DNA from: Balanoglossus misakiensis
Taxonomy: Eukaryota > Animalia > Hemichordata
NCBI GenBank assembly: GCA_040954595.2
Contig: CM082577.2
Coordinates: 1,674,001-1,738,000, forward strand
Length of the DNA: 64,000 bases
Direction of reading: 5' to 3'
Part shown: in pieces, positions 54,201 through 64,000 of the stretch
How positions within the stretch are numbered: the first letter of the stretch is position 1
Layout: each line of letters begins with the position of its first letter
The notes under the pieces: generated by a model
Seen by the model: the letters and a program-made list of their open reading frames with translations, nothing else
What the model was told of the DNA's origin: nothing
Database searches by the model: none
Made by a program: the position numbers and the translations under genes

Positions 54201-57200
54201 AGTACCAATTACGTGACACACTATGGCACCCATCTAGGGGTATATTTTCTCTCTTCTGAAATATTATCAGCAAAAAGACTAATTTCATATAATTTCCACA
54301 CACGATTAGATCACTGATGAGAATTTGTCTCACAGTAAAAGTCTAATGCATAACACTGTGATGCGTAAAAAGGTAAACACAATCGAGCTTGCTGGAAGTT
54401 TGTTATGTCTGTGCATGTCTGGAACAGACTTGTGTCCAACAAAGAACAAGCCAGACCATTAACTCTCTTTTTTTTATACAGTTGCTTAGTAGCATGTGAT
54501 TGGAATAACAACGTCCTAGTAAGGATTTCTACCCACTTTTCCCATGCTACATTTTTTTCCCCTTTAGAATATTAATTTAGGGGCTGTAAAATTTGCTCGT
54601 AAATACAGATCAGTAACTTGAGCAGTTCATTTCCAGAGGCTTTTTAAGAGTGTGGACAAGATGAATTCCTAATTTCAATGTCATAACATGTCTATGTACT
54701 TTCCTGTCATTCTAATTGCCGGTGAATGTCCTCTGACTGGGTTTTTTATGTACAAATTATATTACTTCAAAATGGAATGTAATTAGTTTGGAATGGAATG
54801 TTGTGCAATGAAAAGAAAAACTTTTATTTAAAATGAACCTAGATTTTCTTTAAAATAGTGTATGGTTAGAAACCAGCCTGGTTGGTTGGTTAATTTGAAT
54901 CCTGTGCCTTCCAATCAGCAGCTGGGATTCAGTTTTGCATGGGAGAGCAAAAATCTTAAGCATGCACAGCTATAGGCTGTGATTGGCCAGTAGCTCCCAA
55001 ACCATCCAATTGGCACTAGTGTCTCTTTGTACGCACCAATCACTGTTGCTCCATGAGTGCTGCCTCCACAGCTTGCGCTGCTCCTGTTGTCATCTCATCA
55101 GCATCTTTCTGTAGTTATTAAAAAAAAGACAAACAAGACAGCTCAGGAATGGATAATCAGATCAGGGCATTCAGAACACATTGAATCTCAAGTTTCTGTG
55201 CAGCATCAAATTTGTGAAATGCAAGAAGTTTTAATAAATGTGCAACTTGCACTACATGCTAATTATAACCCGGCTAATACTTGGTAACATAATAAAGCTG
55301 ATGATAGCTGCTGGACAAGTTACATGTATGATTACTTGACATAAAATGACAATGCTTTTGTCTAGAGTACTTGCAACTGAATTCACACTGCGCAAGAAAA
55401 CTGAATCCAACAGTCTCTCTGATATGCTTCATTCAAACTTTCTCTCCAACCACAGACAATTAATAGCACTGATACTTCTGTATTCATGGGAAAAAATACT
55501 TGTGAAACTAAACATGCGTGTTGCAAGTTTTGGTCGATTTAATGATCAATGAAAGTGGTTTGACACCGACCTCCGACAACACAGAGCGAACCCAGCTCGC
55601 GGCCATAAAACTCAAATCATAATTGAATTTATTCTGTCTGGGTATGCTTCATATATTTTTATCTGCAACTCCACAATAATACAAAGCCGGGCGTTGTAAA
55701 ACTTTACGTTCCATCCACAACCCCCGCGATAAAAACCAAGATTTATCTTTCGTCTAATTCCATGAAATAATTTCACACCATGTTTTGAATTTTATTTCCA
55801 CCATAATGTTTAGTTCACAAACTTTGGGCGATTGCCTTATTTATAAGCTGGCTAATTCTCGTCGAGGATATTGGCACCCTCAATTTCAGCAGGTGCTATA
55901 CAAGCGATTGAGGGTTTCTTTTTACGAGCTTTGAGGAAAATCTGGTGAAATAACTCTAATGGCAATATCACCGGGTGTCCTTTCGACAAAGCTCTTTCTG
56001 TATTTACTGTGAAGGGGCGCATGTGCTTATGACATCAACACAGCTATTGAATGCGGGGGAAAACTTGTTCTTTGAAAGCCGGCAACCAATTGGATGCGGT
56101 GAAACCCACAGAGTGGTTAACGCTAATGGAACTGGGAGAATGATGGAAACGCAGAGATTTCCCCTGGTGAGATGAACAGAATTGTAACATGCCTATTCGT
56201 CTTGTCATACACAAACACACACACAAAAACGCTCAAATGAAATTCACATGAGAACTGCATGGTCCCAAAACTCTGACATCAACCTCCAACCACCGCTAAT
56301 TGGGATATATGTTTGTAACATGTTATTACGTGCCAGCATGCTTGTGGACACTGTATAGATTACCCACAGGTGCTTTATAAAGGATTCTAGGTTACCAGGG
56401 ATTTGATGTCAATTATAATCTGGACTTTTCATATCCAGGGTTCATTCGGAAATGTTATTTTTCACACACACTAACCGTAAATTTATTATAAACACATGAA
56501 TATAGTTATTTATATACACATAAAAAAAATGTTCATAAATAATTTTTATTATCACATCAGAAACAAAGTTTGAACGCAGTGATCATTATTTTATTATAAA
56601 ATCAGACGGTGGCCGGTATAAAATTGGTTGCAATCGCAGCTTTGTTCAGTGTACTCCAACAGACTGGGTCAGAAAGACATGCGGTCCCATAAACAAGCTC
56701 TGGGCAAATTGACAGTAAGTTTAAAATATGGGTCAGGTTTTATACAGTGCAATTAGCTGAACATGTTCTTCAATAAAGTACTCGTTCTAAATCTTGAGGA
56801 GCACGACATGTTGGGAATTTTCACTTACACAAGCGAAGGCCTACAGGGCAAGTGAGGACATCGTGGGTTTGGAGTTTTTGAAAGAAAAAAAACGGGTCAC
56901 TTAAAAATCAGGCTTGCCCGCATGAAGTTTTCAGGAACAAGGCAAAGAAATGTGTGTGTGGGGGTGGAGGGGGGGGGGGGGGCCTCACAGTTTCATCACA
57001 GACTGCATCATCACTAAATCAGATTTACTACAAAAAGCTTAAACATGCTGTCAAGCTTGACCAGATTACACTAAATAATTCATGAAGCCATTAATCTTTC
57101 AGGATTTAGCAGGGATTAAGGGAAGGTATGGCCAATATATACACCTTGATTTCCGGGCTGGAGATTCGACATCCATGGTTCCCTGCATATTTCATTTTTC

Positions 57201-60200
57201 CACAAGAAAGTATTTTCCTTAATGATTCCCAGGCTCATGCAGTGAACAGGGCCAGCAAACAGTATTAGACTTTATATCTTAAAACAAGATTATATTTGGA
57301 GCCCAATCATGAATTAGTGATACGTGTAATTTGTGGAGGTTCTGGTGAAATAGAAAGAGAGGCTGGAAATCTGGTCCTCTCATTCAGTTTTTCCACTACC
57401 CCGTTGCGCTGCTCGCAACTTGATAGAGATAGACGAGTAACATCCTGTTTGTTACGCGGAAATCCTTCAAAACGGAAATGAAATGCGCATACATGGATTT
57501 ACAAAGTAATTCCACCAGATTCCCAGGCACAGAGTAAGATTCACAGTCTGTTATAAGTCTACAAAACATTGTATTTATTGTGGAACCATGATTTTTCCCC
57601 CTTTATCTCCAACAATGAGAAAATAACTCCTGTCTCCGTATCTGAATATCTGATTACTATACCCCATCATAATCTTGCTACATAAATTATAAATTTAGAA
57701 TACCATTTATAGCATTCGACAAACTGTGCGGGATAATACACATAAAAATTTGACTTTATATTCAGAGCTTTCATCAGATAAAAAAAGCAATCAAACTCCC
57801 AAAATTTGTAATTATTACCATTACAGACTTTGTTTACCGAATCATGTGGGCTTTTAGTTGGATATACTCTAATACGGAGAGAGTCACCATGCGGAAATAA
57901 GTGACAGTTCCTCCATTATTGCTGCCGGCATTAATCTAAGACAAAAACGGAAATTAAAAATACCTACAGCTCAGCATCTTGATCTCTAGTTAATGATCTG
58001 TTTCTGCAGTCGGCACCAGTAATGGATCACTGCAGAATAGCAGGCTTCATGATGATGATGGCACAAATTTTTTTGTGGAGCAACAAAAATTTTATGTCTG
58101 ACGTATCTTTCAGTATTTATGAGGTACTTCGCACTTATCTGTCATTTTAGTGCTTTTATTAAAATATTGAGTTTTTTTTTAATCTCAGAAAAGATTACAT
58201 TATGGAGACCTATGCTTTCAGGATGACACAAGACAGCGAAATATTTTTCATTCTCATTTACATTCACATAGTTATTCTATTTGAACTTGGGTTATCTAAT
58301 GTTCACCTGAATGGTACAAAACTGCCATTTTCAGGTTTGATTAAACCGACAGGGAAAATCAAATACATCAGGTGGTGAAGGTATATGTGCCTGGAAATAC
58401 CACAGACAGGGGCATATTGAAAAATTGCTGCAAGGTACGGCAAACAGAACCATTTTTATGTCTCAAAACTGAGAGTTTAGTTTTCAGTTCGGGGAGAAGA
58501 CTGACCCTAAGCAAGCAGACAGATGCATAGAGAAAAATTGAGAATGTAAAACCCAGTCGTTATAAAACTCAACAAAGAAGGAGAGACTCCAGACGTTGCT
58601 GGATTTCTGATGGTGCAGCGTGCAAGCTATTAAAAGACCTCACTGCAGTCACTTTTGTCAATGTACAATCCTGTCTGCTCTTCCAGATAGAATTCAAATA
58701 ATCTCTTCAGCTCATCTAGTTTTGATTCATTGCGGATAAAATTCTATCTTTTTTTCCCCGTGCGAATGGCCCAATCCATGAGTACCTCAATCCATTTCAG
58801 AACGGGGACAAAAGGCAATAAATTAGGTTTTGCAGAAAATTACCAGCGGCTGCACGAATTTCGCGGCGACATAGACAACCACTGAATTTGCTTTCAGGGG
58901 AGTCAATTAAAGAAGACGTGTTTCTATGGTATCGGCTGCAGCCCATCACGCCATGTGAAAGGGCATTAAGACCGCAGAAAACTGAATTACCGACACAGCT
59001 AGAGGTTGGATAAAAAAAACTGATGTTGCCACAAAGAGAAGCCAGAGAATAATTGCTTTGTGGGGATAAGATGCCATCTGTGTTTTCAGACACGAGTATT
59101 AAAGTGTTTAGCAAGCAACAAATGCCGCTCGGGAGAAAAATCATCATGGATGACACAGTCTCCGCTGAGTGTAAAGGTATGACTGACAGTGTACAGGTTG
59201 TTTTTTTATGTTAGTGGGAATACAGGCGTGAGTTATTCTTAAGAAATGGTGGCAATTTTTTCAGGTATTGATAGGTTTTCAGGATTAGCATTTCAGAATT
59301 ACACTGTCTTGGAGCAAGACTAATGTATGGTTTACTTACCAATAACTCCAACACCAGCAAATCACTCAGCCTCTTGACCTCCCGACCCCGAGACAACAAT
59401 GCATTTTCTCGTCTGTGTAGAAACAAAGATGAATAATGTGTGCTTTTGTTAATTTTGGGTACTGGTACTTCTTGGATACTCATCAGGGGCAAACATTGGA
59501 TGGACACGGCCCTTCACAGAACAGGCGATACACAGCATGTGAAGATTATGACTTCAAAATGAAAGGCTGATGTGTGTCACAGTATTTGTGCCATCTGCTT
59601 TCAGGGTCTGAAGAACAAGGCTGTTAAAACCTGCACACATTTTGAGACAAAGAATTCATCATCCCCATTGAGTTGCCAATTCTCATCATGTCCAGAAAGG
59701 TATCTCTTCATATTAAAAGAATATCACCGTGTGAGCCAACAGCTTTTTTCTCTGTGGAAAAAAGACTGCCGCACTGTTTATTCACAGAATTGTTGACAGA
59801 AGACACAGATCAATCAAATCTTCGTGAGTGCTGTGTACTTTTATTAACTTTCTAATAAAAGCGAGTTATCTCAGTTTTGCCGACGCCCAAAACGAATGTT
59901 GACTTAAGCACTACGTGATTGCACTCAACAATCAGCAGACTGTAATTAGTGTAATTTGTGCGGTTTCAGTCAATTACACGCCCTGATGTCTAAAATCAAT
60001 ATCGTGAAATTACTGCCTATTGACTCTCAAATAGATGCAGTACATTAACTGAGAGCGCAAGAGTCAAAATTCTCCACAATTTTCAGATAATGTGACTTCC
60101 ATCAGGCAGCAATTTGGTGCACCCCTGTCTTGGTTAATAATGTCGGAAACGTACAAATGGGTGGGGGGGGGGGGGAATGACATCGAATTATGGTATACAG

Positions 60201-63200
60201 CTGGGGTTCCGTTTGCAGTTGCAATTTTCGAAGAAGAAAAATCGTGTGGTGCCTGACATTGTATGGTCGTAATGAAACAGCGCTTTTAAAGTCAAATGTA
60301 AGAACCATCAGTTGGTTGACCTATTGACCTCATTTGGACGTCATACCGAACTTCATGAAGCATCTTCCTGACAGAGCAGCTGAGGTTTACCGTTGGTGTA
60401 TTGCAATTTGTGAGAAAAGATGCGATTGCGAACATCACGGCCGTAATGAAAGTGTACTTTTGCGTCAATTATGTATAAAAGAATCACTCAATACACACTG
60501 GAGATGCCCTCCATATCTGGTATTATAGTCGCAAAGAAACTACAGTGACATCTAATGATAATTACAGTGGAAGGGGTCACTTTGGATGTTGCAATTCATC
60601 AAAAAAAAATGTCATCCATCTATCACATCGCGTAGTCACGGAAAAGAGCAATTTCAAGTCGTTGAAAGGTTCAAGGCTTTATTTATTGGCCTTGCCTTCG
60701 AGAAGTCCACGAATGCAAGTCCAATCTAATAATAACAGAACCGAATGGCAGTTTGCCGAAAGTGACAAGACGCTTTAAAAGTCACAGTAAACGTCACTGA
60801 TTGGTTGAACTCTTCGCGCTATATGCTGCAAGAGTCGACGCGCAGAAATCAATTAACCTCCCTGGCAATTGTGGGGAAACTCTCCTCTCCAGTAATGAGA
60901 GCTGTCAGCTCAAACATCAGTCGAAGACAAACTAATTTATCTGATGTGGTTTGGGATGTTACGGCGTTCAATTTGCGGTTAATCTGATAACCGTGGCTTT
61001 GTAACAGTTATCATCCTTTACCCCAAAGCTGACCCCTGCGAGTTTAAAACCTTGATGCAAACTTCTGTAATGCAGTGAGGAGACTTATCTGCCGGAAGTG
61101 GCTGTTTTTTTTTCTCTCTTCACTAATTGAGGTTTGCTGAGGTTTGCTGAATGGTTATACTGTCTAATGGAATTTCGATGAGAGGGAGAAGGGTATATAT
61201 TAAGTATTCAGTGGACATAGCAAAATATTCCAGAAATTGAAGCTTGTTACGGAAGTTGATGTAGATTTCTAATAATGAAGAACGAAAATCTGGAGGCAAC
61301 ACAGAACACGTTAATCTTTGCAAGAGAGAACGCACGTTAGAGAGGTAACAATGCCCAGAAGTACCGAGTTCCAATTAAGTCAACCTTGATCTGGATGCTT
61401 CTCCCTGATGGTTTGTGTCTGCAGACATACATTATGGCAATTGACCAGCTAGTACGTGACCTTTGTATATTCTACTTTTCTCACTCTTTCAGCCCTGACA
61501 GACGCCTGGAATGGACATCACACAACCTCATTCATCCAAGTAGAAATGAACGTCATCAATTTTGGATGATGGTAATGACGACAGTAAAAAAAACCACATC
61601 TCGTCGGCCGTGTGAAATCCCGGAGGACACGAAGACTATTTGCTTCGGCGTGAGAACTGATGTGTGTTTTTTTTCTTCAATCATGTTTTCTTATGACAGG
61701 AAAATACACATCTAAGCGAGTACAGCCTGAGAGTGTAACATTTCATGAATATCAGCAAGAATGTACTCCCTGTGACCTCAGCTTGATTGTCTTTTGATGA
61801 TAACATGTGTACCTACAAGCGACACCGGCAGACATGTAATTGTCCTGTGTAACTTAATTTACTGTATCCCTTTGCTCTATCAATCTCATTTACCGCTGTG
61901 CAAATATCATTTTGTCTGATCTAAACTCCATTTGTCTTCTATGATGCCAGGGTGTCTGGGGGAGTTATTTGAGTACAGCCGGCCAGAGTGGCCATCTTTA
62001 GATGCGGCGGGATAATTGCACAGACTGGCATTCGTATTTTGCCATCTGCTGCTTACATCCCACGCAATGAATGTGTCATTCAATTTTTAATCATCCTGAT
62101 GCGGGCAAGATCAAACTTTGATCAAAATCCAAACTTTGGGTGGCTCACACGTATGACAGGTGAGCATCGCAAATAAATCAGAGATGCATACATCCTCTGG
62201 TTTCCCTGTTATGCAAACTTCTGCGCAGGTAAAGTAGCATTCTATGCATTGTATCCATGGCATTCTGATGATAACTTCCTAAATCATCTTGCACATTTTC
62301 AAAATTTGGGTGCACCACAAACTCAGGAATAGGTGGGTGGGGGGGGGGGGGGTCAGAATGACAACTACCCCCCTTCCAGGTGACAATGAGGCACCAAGCT
62401 ATAACTTAAATCAGACTACCATTCCCCCAGAGCAGGTGTTTCCTTGTGGGCAAACTTTTTATAATATAACTATAAAGCACACCGGTGCAGTAATATCCTG
62501 TTTGTTGCATTACCGGGTTTTTAACTGCACTCTGAGATTAACAAAAAAACATACAAGGGTTCGTATCTCATGATGAATGTGAACGGATCAGACAGTCATT
62601 ATTGGCCGTAAATCATCCCTTTTCCAGTGCACTGTGCAAATAATACTGCATGATTTTTTGTTAGATACTCCTTTCTCAAACATGAGATTACATCGAATCA
62701 GAAAAGCAGAGACGCAGAGACTGTTATCAATTTTCCTTCTTCCTTTCTGTTTTCCTGCATGAGTTGATTTATTGTGCCTGCTTTTTGTGCAGCTACAGAA
62801 CAGAGGAAATACAGTGAAAGAGCACGACTTGCTGCATTATTGACAAAATGAGCAGACCCGACCGGCTGGAAACATGGTCTTCCTTGTTGACTCACACTGA
62901 TGATTCTGTCAAGTGCACTACACAATATACAAGTTTGACGTTTGGACGTTAGAGGGCTTTTTGTATAAAATTTTTAAGCCTGACATGGGATTGATAGAAG
63001 TGCAACTATAAGCCCCTGAAATTTCAGCAAGTTCTTTTATATGCAGGCAACTACATGTATATACACACATACTATTAGACACACATTTTCTAGTTTGTTA
63101 CATTGTACATGTAGGTGGTGTGTATACGTGCAGTTGTACGCTCAATCAATCTTTGAAGATTAAGAACTAACCAAGCTACAATAAGACAAAAAAACTTAAT

Positions 63201-64000
63201 ACACACCTCAGGAGAAGTATATAGTGTTGCCTTCAAACACAAAGTGAAACTAGGAGACCAGGATAAATCAAATTCTTGGTTCCCAGGAGGTGTATACATC
63301 ATTGTATTAAACACACAGATCCAACCGCCGGTCCTTAATTCACCCGTAATTTCACCGAGAGAAGAATCTAGCTGACGTAATTAAGGTTCTGGTTTGAATT
63401 GGTCTCACAAATTCCACTTACTGCTTCCAACAAACGACACATTGCTTTTCAATTAATAAAAGGTTTGGCCCTCAAAGGCACACTTTTTCAGCAATCCTGG
63501 TCAGGCTTTGACCCAAAGTGTAATAAATTACAAAATTTCCAGCAAGCTGGGGCCACAGTGGAAAGCTGAAGAAGCTTATACACAATCCATGTTTTCCTGC
63601 CAATTCAATAAGACTTATATACTCCTCTCTTTGAACTTTGTAATGATATGTCTCCGAGCAGAAAAGCAATCTCTGGTTGATTTCAACAAAATTACCAAAT
63701 AGATGTGACAGAGTATAAATCAAATGTAATGTCTCATAAATATATATAGAGCTCTGATCATCAAAGCAATGCATATTAAAATAGGAAAGAAAGATAATAG
63801 GAAGCTATGAAGGGGCAAAGAAGAGACTTGTTTGAATTTTAATAATCAAGTGTAATTTACAAGAACAGCTGCAGACAAAAGTGACGAGTCTGGGATATTG
63901 AAATTATTCTCTCCCTAATCCAAAGGTCTCCAGATCACGGAGGTGGGGTCTACAAGCTAAGACAGCTCTCACTGTATACACAAACATTTAGACCTCAGTT

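Noticed and set aside
48994-63774. Numerous 60-170-aa ORFs in the last 15 kb
   Set aside because: No motifs, coding-like composition or phase-consistent exon chain; consistent with chance ORFs in regulatory or intergenic DNA.

Overview
Eukaryotic, intron-rich, AT-rich genomic DNA. The gene content suggests an invertebrate deuterostome (hemichordate- or echinoderm-like); this is inference only. Nine protein-coding loci were reconstructed by hand from splice signals and reading phase. In order: an intronless rhodopsin-class GPCR (+, 3240-4364); two tandem two-exon angiopoietin-like fibrinogen-domain genes (+, 12056-13238 and 14009-15353); the first four exons of DHX40 (-, 19847-15670, rest not found in the window); a 22-exon, ~1415-aa uncharacterised protein with TQT motifs, a PLAT domain, a Ser-rich linker and ankyrin repeats (+, 20261-34597); TEFM (+); COX19 (-); a ~579-aa disordered protein with a C-terminal RRM-like domain (+); and an intronless folate-receptor-family gene (-). 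Non-coding features include several MITE-like elements, a perfect 63-bp palindrome, an (ACTAC)n microsatellite and many RFX X-box motifs. The last ~14 kb has no recognisable gene. No rRNA, tRNA, CRISPR or prokaryotic system was seen. Homologue comparisons are from memory and need database confirmation.
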